DNA from: Candidatus Limnocylindrales bacterium
GTDB taxonomy: Bacteria; Chloroflexota; Limnocylindria; Limnocylindrales; CSP1-4
Length of the DNA stretch: 64,000 nucleotides
Assembly: GCA_038319665.1 (NCBI GenBank)
Contig: JBBQDL010000006.1
Location: 2,967 to 66,966 of the forward strand
Direction of reading: 5' to 3'
The position numbers and the translations under genes are program-made. Under the pieces are notes generated by a model that worked only from the letters and a program-made list of their open reading frames with translations, was not told where the DNA came from and made no database searches. This document shows positions 51,532-61,339 of the stretch, piece by piece (position 1 is the first letter of the stretch; each line of letters opens with the position of its first letter).

Positions 51532-51553
51532 GAGACGACCGTATGCTTCGGAC

Positions 51554-52192
51554 ATGGCAGCCGAATCTCGACCGGAGACTCGCGCCGAGCGCCGAGACCG
51601 TACGAGCGCGGACACTCGCGCGCGTATCCTCGAGGCGGCTCGCTCATGTCTCCTGGCCGACGGCTATGGGAATCTCGTGACTCGCCGAGTCGCCGACGCG
51701 GCCGACGTCCCGCTCAGCCAGATCCACTACTACTTCGGCTCCAAGCAGGAGCTCATCCTCGCGGTCCTCGCCGCGGAGAATGAACGTCTCCTCGCACGCC
51801 AGGCGGACATGTACGCCGGCGACGAGCCGCTGTGGCGCCAATGGGACCTCGCCTGTGACTTCCTCGAGACCGACCTCGAGTCGGGGTACGTCAGGATCCT
51901 CCAGGAGATGATCGCCGCCGGCTGGTCCGACGCCACCGTTGCGACGCCCGTGCGTGGGCTCCTCACCAGCTGGTTCCGGCTGCTGACCGACGTCGCACGC
52001 CGCGAGGAGGAGCGAAGCGGCGGGCTCGGGCCCTTCACGGCGGAGGAGGTCGCGGCCCTCATGGGGCTGCCGTTCATGGGCGCTGAGGCGGCCATCCTGC
52101 TCGGCATCCCCGAATCCGACCTGCCGACCCGCTCGGCATTGCGCAAGATCGGGATCGTTCTGCGCGATCTCGGCGACAGAACAGTAGACTGA
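51554..52192 (+). CDS. TetR family regulator
   Basis: TRARILEAA..TRRVADAADVPLSQIHYYFGSK. Confidence 0.92.
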   Translation: MAAESRPETRAERRDRTSADTRARILEAARSCLLADGYGNLVTRRVADAADVPLSQIHYYFGSKQELILAVLAAENERLLARQADMYAGDEPLWRQWDLACDFLETDLESGYVRILQEMIAAGWSDATVATPVRGLLTSWFRLLTDVARREEERSGGLGPFTAEEVAALMGLPFMGAEAAILLGIPESDLPTRSALRKIGIVLRDLGDRTVD

Positions 52193-52193
52193 C

Positions 52194-52631
52194 ATGGCCC
52201 AGACGTTGAATGAGGCGTGGCTGGCTGCGCCGACGCCCGAGGCCACGGCGGACGAAATGGCCGCCATCGAGGCGGTCGTCCTCGACTACTTCGAGGGCTG
52301 GTACGACGGCGACGTGGTCCGGATGGACCGGGCACTCCATCCCGGTCTCGCCAAGCATGCCATCGGCCAGGACCCCGACCGGTCCGACCGGCTTGATGTG
52401 TCGACCAGGGACGAGATGGTCGAGGCGACAAGACAAGGGCTGGGACGCCTGCGCGACCTCCCCGACCGGGCGATCCGGATCGATATCGCCTGCGTGTCAG
52501 GCGATATCGCGAGCGTGGTCGTCGATTCGGCGATGTACGTCGAATTCCTGCTCCTCGCGAGGACCGGCGACGATTGGCGAATCACCGGGGCCTTGTGGCG
52601 ATGGGCGGCGGGCCATGGTCCGCGCGCCTGA
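52194..52631 (+). CDS. NTF2-like (lumazine-binding-like) protein
   Basis: VVLDYFEGWYDGD..ALHP, YVEFLLLAR..WRI. Confidence 0.75.
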   Translation: MAQTLNEAWLAAPTPEATADEMAAIEAVVLDYFEGWYDGDVVRMDRALHPGLAKHAIGQDPDRSDRLDVSTRDEMVEATRQGLGRLRDLPDRAIRIDIACVSGDIASVVVDSAMYVEFLLLARTGDDWRITGALWRWAAGHGPRA

Positions 52632-53562
52632 GGCGCCCCGCGCGACGGCCGCCGCGAGCAGGCCGTCCGCGCAATCCGCGCCGGACTCGAGTCGCGCCCG
52701 CCAACCCGACCGCACCGGCTTCATCGAGCGTGACGGCGTCCGCTCGTTCTGGGAGGTCTCCGGCGAGGGCGAACCGGCGATGCTGTTCGCGCCGACCTGG
52801 TCGATCGTCCACTCGCGCATCTGGAAAGCGCAGGTCCCCTACTTTGCGCGGCGGCACCGCGTCCTCACGCTGGATCCGCCGGGCAATGGCCGCTCCGACC
52901 GACCCTCGAGTGAGCGTGCCTACGCCGAAACGGAGATCGCCGCCGACCTGCTGGCGACGCTGGATGCGACCGGAACGGACCGGGCCGTCGTCGTCTCGCT
53001 CTCGCTCGGCGCGCAACGCTCGCTGATCCTCGCGGCCGAACACCCCGAGCGCGTGAGCGGCTTGGTCTTCATCGCACCGTCCGTATCGATCGGCGACGGT
53101 CCGGCGCGCCAGAACACGGCGTTCGATGCCCGGCCCGCGACCCGTGAAGGCTGGGACCTGTACAACCGCTTCGCCTGGCGTCGGGACTATCCAGCCTTCC
53201 TGGAATTCTTCTTCGGCCGATGCTTCACGGAACCGCATTCGACCAAACAGATCGAGGACGCGGTCGCCTGGGGCGGCGAGATCGACCCCGAGTCGCTGAT
53301 CCTCAGCGTGGAGTCCGAGGGGCTCGACGAGGCCGCGACAGTGCAGCTCTGCGGCCGGATCGCCTGTTCGACCCTGGTGATCCAGGGCGACGCGGACGCC
53401 GTCACGGGTCCGGGTCGCGGGATCGGCCTCGCCGACGCGATCCCGAACGCCAGGTTGGCGATGATCGCCGCTGGCGGCCACATCCCGAACGCGCGCGACC
53501 CGGTCCTGGTGAACCTGCTGATCCGTGACTTCGTCCGATCGGTCCAGGGGATGGCGACATGA
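52615..53562 (+). CDS. Alpha/beta hydrolase
   Basis: DPPGNGRSD, SLSLGA elbow, QGDAD, GGHIP; start uncertain. Confidence 0.87.
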   Translation: MVRAPEAPRATAAASRPSAQSAPDSSRARQPDRTGFIERDGVRSFWEVSGEGEPAMLFAPTWSIVHSRIWKAQVPYFARRHRVLTLDPPGNGRSDRPSSERAYAETEIAADLLATLDATGTDRAVVVSLSLGAQRSLILAAEHPERVSGLVFIAPSVSIGDGPARQNTAFDARPATREGWDLYNRFAWRRDYPAFLEFFFGRCFTEPHSTKQIEDAVAWGGEIDPESLILSVESEGLDEAATVQLCGRIACSTLVIQGDADAVTGPGRGIGLADAIPNARLAMIAAGGHIPNARDPVLVNLLIRDFVRSVQGMAT

Positions 53563-54839
53563 CCGCAGCCGCGACGGCGACGACGGTGACCGAGCCGACG
53601 AAGGCCGCCCGAACGTGGACCCGTTCGCTGGCCCGCCGGCGTCGCGCTCTGTACATCTCCTCCCCCATCGGTCTCGGTCACGCCCAGCGCGATGTGGCCA
53701 TCGCCGACGAGCTCCGGATCCTGCACCCCGACCTCGAGATCGACTGGCTGGCCCAGCACCCGGTCACGGCCGTGCTGGAGGCGCGCGGCGAGCGTGTCCA
53801 CCCGCTCAGCGCCGAGCTCGCCTCGGAATCCGCGCACATCACGGCCGAATCGTCCGAGCACAACCTGAACGCGTTCCAGGCCATCCGCAGGATGGACGAG
53901 ATCCTCGTCGCGAACTTCATGGTCTTTCACGACGCCGTCGAGGCCGGCGAGTACGACCTCGTCATCGGCGACGAGGCCTGGGAAGTCGATCATTTCCTCC
54001 ACGAGAACCCTGAGCTCAAACGGACCGCGTTCGCCTGGATGACCGACTTCGTCGGCTGGCTGCCGATGCCGTCCGGCGGCGAGCGCGAGGCCTTCCTGAC
54101 GGCCGACTACAACGCCGAGATGATCGAGCACGTCGAGCGCTTCCCACGACTCCGCGATCGGGCGATCTTCGTCGGCGAGCCCGACGACATCGTGCTCGAC
54201 GACTTCGGCCCTGGGCTGCCATCGATCCGCGACTGGACGGAGCGGCATTACGCCTTCAGCGGCTATGTCACGGGGTTCGATCCGCGCTCGCTCATCGAAC
54301 GCCGAGAGGAGCTCCGCACGGAGCTCGGCTACCACCCCGACGAGCGCATCGTCATCGTCACCGTCGGCGGTTCGGGCGTCGGCGAGGCGCTCCTCCGCCG
54401 GGTGATCGCCAGCTACCCGGAGGCGGCCCGGCGTGTGAACGGGCTGCGGATGATCGCGATCGCCGGACCCCGGATCGACCCGACCGTCCTCGGCGCGCCC
54501 ACCGGCGTGGAAGTGCGCGCCTTCGTCCCCGACCTCTACCGCCACCTGGCGGCCTGCGACCTCGCCGTCGTGCAGGGCGGCCTGACGACGACGATGGAGC
54601 TGGCGGCCGCTCGACGACCGTTCCTGTACTTCCCGTTGCGCGACCATTTCGAGCAAAACCGGCATGTGCGCCACCGGCTCGACCGGTATGGGGCTGGCCG
54701 GTACATGGAGTACGACGCGTCGCCGCCGGATGTCATCGCCGAGGCGATCGGGACCGAGATCGACCGGGCGGTCGACTACCGGCCGGTCGAGACGGACGGA
54801 GCGGCGCGAGCGGCCGCGCTCATCGCGCCGCTTATCTGA
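53559..54839 (+). CDS. GT-B fold glycosyltransferase
   Basis: SSPIGLGHAQRD, TVGGSG, QGGLTTTMEL..HFEQ; ATGA overlap with the hydrolase. Confidence 0.82.
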   Translation: MTAAATATTVTEPTKAARTWTRSLARRRRALYISSPIGLGHAQRDVAIADELRILHPDLEIDWLAQHPVTAVLEARGERVHPLSAELASESAHITAESSEHNLNAFQAIRRMDEILVANFMVFHDAVEAGEYDLVIGDEAWEVDHFLHENPELKRTAFAWMTDFVGWLPMPSGGEREAFLTADYNAEMIEHVERFPRLRDRAIFVGEPDDIVLDDFGPGLPSIRDWTERHYAFSGYVTGFDPRSLIERREELRTELGYHPDERIVIVTVGGSGVGEALLRRVIASYPEAARRVNGLRMIAIAGPRIDPTVLGAPTGVEVRAFVPDLYRHLAACDLAVVQGGLTTTMELAAARRPFLYFPLRDHFEQNRHVRHRLDRYGAGRYMEYDASPPDVIAEAIGTEIDRAVDYRPVETDGAARAAALIAPLI

Positions 54840-56043
54840 GCGGGGGCAGGGACGTCGCTGGATCCGCCGGCAGGACATCCGCGAGCAAGCGCCGGACGTT
54901 CCCGCCCATGATCTTCGAGATGTCGTCATCCGCGAAACTGGCGTCGAGGAGCGCCTCGGTCAGCAGCACGAGCCCGGTCGCATCGAATGGTTCGGGGACG
55001 GCGCCATCGAAATCGGACCCCAGCGCGACGTGCTCGATCCCGGCGACGCCGACGGCATACCGGATCGAGCGCACGATGGCGGCGACGTCCTCGCCGCCGC
55101 AGGCCGTCGGCCAGAACCCGACCCCGACGACCCCGCCCGTCCCGGCGATCCCGCGCGCCTGGGCATCGGCCAGGTTGCGCGCGTTGTCGCAGGCCCCGCG
55201 CAGCCCCGTGTGCGACGCGACGACCGGCCGGTTCGCCATGGCGAGGACGTCGTCGACTGTCGCCGCCGAGGCATGCGCGACGTCGACCAGCATCCGGCGG
55301 GCCTCCATCCGCTCCACCATCTCGCGACCCGCGTCGGTCAGGCCGCCCTTGGCGATGCCGTGCGCGGAGCCACCGAACGCGTTGTCGAAGAAATGACTCG
55401 GCGACATCATCCGGAAGCCCGCGTCCGCCACGACCTCCACGTTCGCCGGGTCGCCGTCGAGCGCGTGCGCGCCTTCGATCGAGAGGAGGCCGGCCGTGAT
55501 GGCCGACCGCTCGCGCCGAGCCGTCGCGTACCCCGCCAGATCCGCCTTCGAGCGAATGATGGTGAACCGGCCGTCGGAGCGGGCCGCCATGACGTCGGCG
55601 CGCGCGGCGAGATGAAGGGCGCGCGGGAGGAGCCGTCGCCAAGTCGCGGGTGGCCAGCCGAGGGCGATGGCGAGCAGCACGACATCGTCGCTCCGATCAT
55701 CGTTCCGCTCGATGTTCAGGTGGCGCGGCGACTTGGTCGTGACCGCCAGGACCTGGAGCGCGACATTGCCCTCGATCAGACGAGGGACGTCGACGTGGCC
55801 GCGGTCCGCCCGGCGAAGGAGGTCCCGGCCCCACAGCAGCGAATCGGCGTGAAGGTCGGCGATCCAGAGCCGCTCGTGGAGCGTCCGCGCCCGATCCGAG
55901 GCCGCATACGGCGGCGCATTCCGGGTCGAGCACAGCCGCGCCTCGGTGCGCCCGACGAGGGCGCGACCGGCGACGCGCGCTCCGAGCGCCGTCGCGGCGC
56001 CCGCGGCACCGGCCGCGAGCGCGACACCGACCCGGCGCCTCAC
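54832..56043 (-). CDS. Membrane dipeptidase (M19)
   Basis: DLHAD, IEG, DVAHAS, ASHTG, RNL, LGSDFDG, GGN. Confidence 0.92.
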   Translation of the reverse strand: MRRRVGVALAAGAAGAATALGARVAGRALVGRTEARLCSTRNAPPYAASDRARTLHERLWIADLHADSLLWGRDLLRRADRGHVDVPRLIEGNVALQVLAVTTKSPRHLNIERNDDRSDDVVLLAIALGWPPATWRRLLPRALHLAARADVMAARSDGRFTIIRSKADLAGYATARRERSAITAGLLSIEGAHALDGDPANVEVVADAGFRMMSPSHFFDNAFGGSAHGIAKGGLTDAGREMVERMEARRMLVDVAHASAATVDDVLAMANRPVVASHTGLRGACDNARNLADAQARGIAGTGGVVGVGFWPTACGGEDVAAIVRSIRYAVGVAGIEHVALGSDFDGAVPEPFDATGLVLLTEALLDASFADDDISKIMGGNVRRLLADVLPADPATSLPPLR

Positions 56044-56053
56044 TCGACGGCGA

Positions 56054-56818
56054 TCAATGCGGCAACCTGACCTCATCGAGGAACGCCAGCGAACGTGCCT
56101 CGCGCTCGAGCGCCGTCCGCACGAAGTCGCGCAGCGCCGCCTCGGTCTCGCGTTCGATGGCGGGGGCGAGCCGGAGCCCCGCGATCGCCTCGATGTCGAG
56201 CCGCTGGTAGGCCTTGAGCAGCTTCAGCGCCTCGAGCGAGATCCCCGTTCGGTCGTGTGGCGGCCCGGGGCACCGCTCGCACAGGACCCCGCCCAGCGGC
56301 GGGACCCAGCGGAAGCGCTCATCGGCCTCCAGGACCCGGTCGCATTCGACGCAGCGGTCGACCTCGGGACGCTGCCCGAGCTCGTCGAGCAGGTGCATCT
56401 CGTACCAGCGGGCGACCCGGCCAGGGGCCATCTGCGCGTCGAGCAGCTCGTACGCGCGGCGAAGGAGCGTGTACAGCGGCTCGGCGGCGTGCCGCTCCTC
56501 GAGCGAGCGGTCCGCGAGCTCAGCGAGGTACCACGCGGTCGCTGCCGATTCGAGCGAATCGCGCAGGTTGAGCCAGGCGTGACCGACGCTCACCTGGGTG
56601 ACCACGTCGAAGGTCCGGCCCCGCGCCAGCGCGACGGTCAGCTCGGCGAACGGCTCGAGGCTGCCACCAAGCCGCGAGGTCGGGCGACGGACGCCCTTGG
56701 CGATCGCCTTGAGCTTGCCGATCCCGGGCGTGATGAGGGTGAGGACGCGGTCGGCCTCGCCGAGATCGAAACGCGACAGCACGATGGCGTCGGTCGTGTA
56801 GCGGCGCGGGATGGGCAT
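56054..56818 (-). CDS. recO: DNA repair protein RecO
   Basis: GEADRVLTL..GKLKAIAKGVRR, CVEC..CERC zinc finger. Confidence 0.94.
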   Translation of the reverse strand: MPIPRRYTTDAIVLSRFDLGEADRVLTLITPGIGKLKAIAKGVRRPTSRLGGSLEPFAELTVALARGRTFDVVTQVSVGHAWLNLRDSLESAATAWYLAELADRSLEERHAAEPLYTLLRRAYELLDAQMAPGRVARWYEMHLLDELGQRPEVDRCVECDRVLEADERFRWVPPLGGVLCERCPGPPHDRTGISLEALKLLKAYQRLDIEAIAGLRLAPAIERETEAALRDFVRTALEREARSLAFLDEVRLPH

Positions 56819-56996
56819 CGTCGCGACGGTACCACCGGTCGTCCATGCGCGAGTGATCCGATCCGGCGCCGCCGACGAAGACATCGATAGACGCCGGTGC
56901 GGTCGCGTCCCCCGCCCCGGCGTCGTTTTCTCGACCCGCCGGCCGGGCAATCAGGCTACCTGCGCGGTACACGTTTCGTGTACACTCGGCCACAGC

Positions 56997-58019
56997 ATGA
57001 CGACGACCGAAGACATCGACATCGCCGCGCTCATCGCCGACACCGAGAGCGAGATCGTCCGCCTCGTGCAGGATCGCGATCCGTCGACCCACGGGCTGTA
57101 CGAGATGGTCCGCTATCACCTGGCGCTGGACGGCTCGGGTGCCTCGGGCGGCAAGCGCATGCGCCCGCTGCTCGGCCTCCTCGCCTACGCCAGCATCACG
57201 GGCGAACACCAGCGAGCGCTGCCCGGGGCGGCCGCGGTCGAGCTCGGTCACAACTTCTCCCTCGTCCACGACGACATCGAGGACGGCGATGTCGAGCGAC
57301 GCCACCGGCCGACACTCTGGGCGCTGCACGGCATCCCGCAAGCGATCAACACGGGCGACACGATGTTCAGCCTGTCGCGCATCGCGCTCCACCGTCTGAC
57401 CGATCTCGGCTTCCCCGACGCCACGGTCCTGCGGCTCATGCGCCTGTACGACGAGACCTGCCTGGCGCTGTGCGAGGGCCAGTACCTCGACATCGCGATG
57501 AGCGCGTCGGACGAGCTGATGAGCGTCGATCTCTACTTCGACATGATCGGCCGCAAGACCGCGGCGCTCATCGCCGCCTCGATCGAGGCCGGGGCGCTCC
57601 TGGCCACGACCGACGAGGAGGTCATCGCGCGCTATCGCGGGTTCGGCTGGGCTCTCGGGCTCGCGTTCCAGCTGAACGACGACCTGCTCGGGATCTGGGG
57701 CCCGGAACGGGCGACCGGCAAGGAACCGTCGGACGTCGCGCACCGCAAGAAGACGCTCCCCGTGATCTACGCCTGGGAGCAGGCGGGTCCCGAGGACCGC
57801 GAGCGGCTTCGAGCCGTGTACGCGAACGGGGAGCCGAGCGCCGCCGAGGTGACCGAGGTGGTCGCTATCCTCGAGCGCTCCGGCGCCCGCGAGTACACAC
57901 GCGACGAGGCCCACCGCTATCGCGACGAGGCGCTCGCCGAGCTCGACGCTGCCGGCGTCGTGTCGCCCGAAGCGCGCGCCCGTCTCGAGGAGATCATCGT
58001 CTCGGTCATCAGCGCCTAG
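56997..58019 (+). CDS. Polyprenyl diphosphate synthase (FPP/GGPP synthase type)
   Basis: GGKRMRP, HDDIED..RR, GQYLD, KT, FQLNDD, KKT. Confidence 0.93.
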   Translation: MTTTEDIDIAALIADTESEIVRLVQDRDPSTHGLYEMVRYHLALDGSGASGGKRMRPLLGLLAYASITGEHQRALPGAAAVELGHNFSLVHDDIEDGDVERRHRPTLWALHGIPQAINTGDTMFSLSRIALHRLTDLGFPDATVLRLMRLYDETCLALCEGQYLDIAMSASDELMSVDLYFDMIGRKTAALIAASIEAGALLATTDEEVIARYRGFGWALGLAFQLNDDLLGIWGPERATGKEPSDVAHRKKTLPVIYAWEQAGPEDRERLRAVYANGEPSAAEVTEVVAILERSGAREYTRDEAHRYRDEALAELDAAGVVSPEARARLEEIIVSVISA

Positions 58020-58069
58020 GTCCCTACGGGCGAGGGTCATGCGGGATGCGGCACCCGGGCGTACCGGCA

Positions 58070-58218
58070 GACAGTGGCGTCCTGGAGTATCAGGCTGGCT
58101 GATCAGAACGATGCTCAACGAGCGTCGCCGATCAACCATTCGCGCAGGTTCGATCGATGGCCAGGCGTGGTTGACCGCGATCTCATCAACCGGCCCGATA
58201 TCGGGGCCACTGACTGTC
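58070..58218. repeat. Long branched hairpin, dispersed repeat copy B
   Basis: GACAGTGGC/GCCACTG(AC)TGTC; TATCAGGCTGGCTGATCAGAACG pairs imperfectly with CGATCTCATCAACCGGCCCGATA. Confidence 0.7.
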
Positions 58219-58237
58219 GCCCGCGTGGCCGGGCGTC

Positions 58238-58358
58238 TCGATATTCCGCTGAGTGATGAAGATCGGCTCGAACAAGCGTGGCCACGGACGATCTCTGAGG
58301 GTTTGGTGGCCTGACCGAGCGTGCGCGGCGGGATTCTCATTACCGAGCGGAATGTCGA
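58238..58358. repeat. Long hairpin, dispersed repeat copy C
   Basis: TCGATATTCCGCT/AGCGGAATGTCGA, GTGATGA/TCATTAC, GCTCG/CGAGC, GGCCAC/GTGGCC. Confidence 0.75.
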
Positions 58359-58442
58359 GCACGGCGGCCGTGGCTACTGCCCTATCGCCCGCTCCCGACC
58401 GCCACGAGCGGCGACCCACCGATGATCGGCGTATAGGCGCTC

Positions 58443-59783
58443 CTAGCGATCGGCCTCGTCGTCCTCCGGGGCACCGCTCTCGCGGTCGCGAACGACGAGG
58501 ACCTTGCCGACGCGCCGGCCGTCGATCGTCTCGACCGTCAGCGTCAGGCCATCCACCGGGATCTGGTCACCGGGTTTCGGGACGCCGCCGATGCGGTGGT
58601 AGATGAGCCCGCCCACCGTGTCGTACTCGTCGGCGTCCTCGAGCCCGAGATTCGTGTCGAACAGGTCGGCCAGGTCGTCGACATCGGCTCGGCCGTCGAC
58701 CCGCGCCTCATCCTCGGAGAGGCGGACGATGAGCGGCTCCTCCTCGTCGTATTCGTCCTGGATCTCGCCGACGATCTCCTCGAGGAGGTCCTCGATGGTC
58801 ACCAGCCCGGCCGTCCCGCCGTACTCGTCGAGCACGATCGCGAGGTGGACCTTGCGCCGCTGGAACTCGTGGAGCAGGTCGTCGACGCTCATCGACTCGG
58901 GGACGAAGACGGGCGTCCGCAGGATCGAGCGGAGCGACGGGCGCTCCGCCGCCGAGCCCTTCAGGAAGGGCAGGAGGTCCTTGGCGTACAGGATCCCGAT
59001 GATCTCGTCGATGGTCGTCTCGTAGACGGGGATCCGGCTGTGGCCCTCCTCGATGACCGTATCGATCGCCTCCTCCATCGACGCGTCGGCAGGCAGGGTG
59101 ACCATCGCGATGCGCGGGACCATGACCTCGTGGATGCGCTGGTCGCCGAGCTCGATGACCGCCTGGATCATCTGCTCCTCCTCGGCCTCGAGGATGCCCT
59201 GTTCGCCGCCGCGCTCGACGAGGATCGACAGCTCTTCCGTGCTCATCACGCCCTGTGCCTGGTCGCCGGCTCCGAGCATCCCGGCGACGCTGGTCGTGAC
59301 CGCCGTCAGCACCGCGACGAGCGGCCCGAGAATGCGCAGGAGCACCTCGATGAAGCCACTGAGGGTGAGCGCAAAGCGTTCCGTATGGGCGAGGGCCAGG
59401 CTCTTTGGCACGAGCTCGCCGAAGACGATGGTGAAGAGGCTCAGGAGGAGCGTCACGATGATGAGCGCGAGCGGCTGCGCGGAGTCCTTGAGGAATTGCA
59501 GGCCGGTCGACTCGAACGCGGTCTGGAGGCTGGCCACCAGGTTGACCGCGGCATAGGCCGAGGCCAGGAAGCCGAGGAACGTCAGGCCGATCTGGGTGAC
59601 CGCCAGGAAGCGGCCTGGCTGCGCGACCAGGCGCTTGACTCGACGAGCGGCCCGATCGCCGTCATCGGCGAGTTGTTCGATCCGGGTCCGGCGCATCGTC
59701 ACGAGGGCGATCTCGGAGGCCACGAAGATGGCCTCGAAGAAGGTGAGGATGACGATGACGAGCAGCTGGATGATGGTCTGCAT
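58443..59783 (-). CDS. HlyC/CorC family protein (DUF21, CBS pair, CorC)
   Basis: FVASEIALV, FGELVPK, HSRIPV, DEYGGTAGLVTIEDLLEEIVGEI. Confidence 0.93.
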   Translation of the reverse strand: MQTIIQLLVIVILTFFEAIFVASEIALVTMRRTRIEQLADDGDRAARRVKRLVAQPGRFLAVTQIGLTFLGFLASAYAAVNLVASLQTAFESTGLQFLKDSAQPLALIIVTLLLSLFTIVFGELVPKSLALAHTERFALTLSGFIEVLLRILGPLVAVLTAVTTSVAGMLGAGDQAQGVMSTEELSILVERGGEQGILEAEEEQMIQAVIELGDQRIHEVMVPRIAMVTLPADASMEEAIDTVIEEGHSRIPVYETTIDEIIGILYAKDLLPFLKGSAAERPSLRSILRTPVFVPESMSVDDLLHEFQRRKVHLAIVLDEYGGTAGLVTIEDLLEEIVGEIQDEYDEEEPLIVRLSEDEARVDGRADVDDLADLFDTNLGLEDADEYDTVGGLIYHRIGGVPKPGDQIPVDGLTLTVETIDGRRVGKVLVVRDRESGAPEDDEADR

Positions 59784-59785
59784 CG

Positions 59786-61243
59786 CTAGCTCGCCGGGTC
59801 CTCGGGGGTGGCTTCGTGTCGGGGGGGCGCGTCGGCCGGAGGCGCCGCGATGGGTTTCACCCGCGGTTCGCGGATCCGGGCCGGGACGCCGACTGCCAGC
59901 TTGCCGGCGGGGACGTCCCGCGTGACGACCGCACCCGCACCGGTTCGCGCCCCCTCCCCGACCTCGATCGGGGCGACCAGCATCGTGTCCACGCCGATGA
60001 ACGCGCCGTCGCCGATCGTCGTCGGGTGCTTGATCGTTCCGTCGTAGTTGGCCGTGATGGCGCCGGCGCCGATGTTGACCCCGGCGCCGACCCGGGCGTC
60101 GCCGAGATAGCTCATGTGGTGCTGGCGGGAGCCCGCGCCGAGGTGCGTGTTCTTGAGCTCGGCATAGTTGCCGACCTGGGCGCCGCGTCCGACCACCGTG
60201 CCTGGTCGCAGGTGGCTATACGGCCCGACGCTCGCATCGTCCTCGACGACCGCCGACTCGACGATGCTCGCCCAGACGCTTGCGTTGGAGCCGATCGTCG
60301 AATCGATCAGCTGGCTCCCCGCCCCGATGACGGAACCCTTGCCGACCGTCGTCGCGCCGCGCAGGATGACGTTCGCCTCGAGCGTGACGTCGGCGCCCAG
60401 CTCGACCGACCAGTCGAGGTAGGCCGTCGAGGGGTCCCGCATCGTGACCCCGGCCCGCATGTGGGCCTCGTTGAGCCTGACTCGCAGGTTCCATTCGGAG
60501 GCGGCGAGCTGCGCGCGGTCGTTGATGCCACCGAACCGCCCGTCGTCGTCGAAGGCGACCGCGCTGACCAGGCGGCCGTCCTCCCGGGCAAGCGCCACGA
60601 GGTCGGTCAGGTATAGCTCGCCGGTCGCGGCGGATGTCGTCAGCGCGCCGATCCGGCGACGGAGCCAGGCGGCATCGAAGGCGTAGACCCCCGCGTTGAC
60701 CTCGTTCCCGGCGAGCTCGTCAGGTGTGGCATCTCGGGCCTCGACGATCCGCTCGACCGTCCCGAAGTCACCTCTGATGACGCGCCCGAGCTCGGCCGGC
60801 TCGGCCGCGTAGACGCTCGCCAGGGCGATCGCCGCGTCGTCCTCCCGGCGTGCGTCGAGGATGGCATCGAGGTCGGCGCCAGTCACCAGTGGGACATCGC
60901 CCGACAGGACGAGGATCTCGGTCGCGTCGTCGGCGATGGCGAAGAGCGCTGCGGCGAGCGCATCGCCTGTCCCGCGCGGCTCGGCCTGGAGCGCGAAGTC
61001 CGCCCGGTCGGCGAAGACATCCCGGAGCGCGGCGACCCCCGGTGAGTAGACGACGAGGGGTCGGCCACCCCCGGAACGGCCGCCTTCGGTACTCGCCCAG
61101 GCGTCGAGGACGTAGGCCAGCATCGGCCGACCGCACAATGGGTGGAGGACTTTGGGCAGTATCGACTTCATCCGGGTCCCGAGGCCGGCCGCCAGCACGA
61201 CAGCGACCGTGCCGGTCGTCGGCGCGGGACTTGGGGGGTTCAC
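59786..61243 (-). CDS. glmU: Bifunctional UDP-GlcNAc pyrophosphorylase / glucosamine-1-P acetyltransferase
   Basis: LAAGLGTRMKS, GDVPL, ELYLTD, HMSYLGDA, NYDG, hexapeptide repeats. Confidence 0.95.
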   Translation of the reverse strand: MNPPSPAPTTGTVAVVLAAGLGTRMKSILPKVLHPLCGRPMLAYVLDAWASTEGGRSGGGRPLVVYSPGVAALRDVFADRADFALQAEPRGTGDALAAALFAIADDATEILVLSGDVPLVTGADLDAILDARREDDAAIALASVYAAEPAELGRVIRGDFGTVERIVEARDATPDELAGNEVNAGVYAFDAAWLRRRIGALTTSAATGELYLTDLVALAREDGRLVSAVAFDDDGRFGGINDRAQLAASEWNLRVRLNEAHMRAGVTMRDPSTAYLDWSVELGADVTLEANVILRGATTVGKGSVIGAGSQLIDSTIGSNASVWASIVESAVVEDDASVGPYSHLRPGTVVGRGAQVGNYAELKNTHLGAGSRQHHMSYLGDARVGAGVNIGAGAITANYDGTIKHPTTIGDGAFIGVDTMLVAPIEVGEGARTGAGAVVTRDVPAGKLAVGVPARIREPRVKPIAAPPADAPPRHEATPEDPAS

Positions 61244-61339
61244 GAGGGGCGGCGCCGTCGGACCGGGGTCGCGGAGCGGTACTCGGAGTCAGCAGTCATC
61301 AGTGGGTCGGGGCATCGTAGGGGTGCCTCGTGAGGGGTG

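Noticed and set aside
58039-58314. 91-aa ORF ending EGLVA, considered as a gene or tmRNA tag
   Set aside because: Codon usage is atypical, it overlies strong hairpins, and there are no tRNA-like tmRNA ends.
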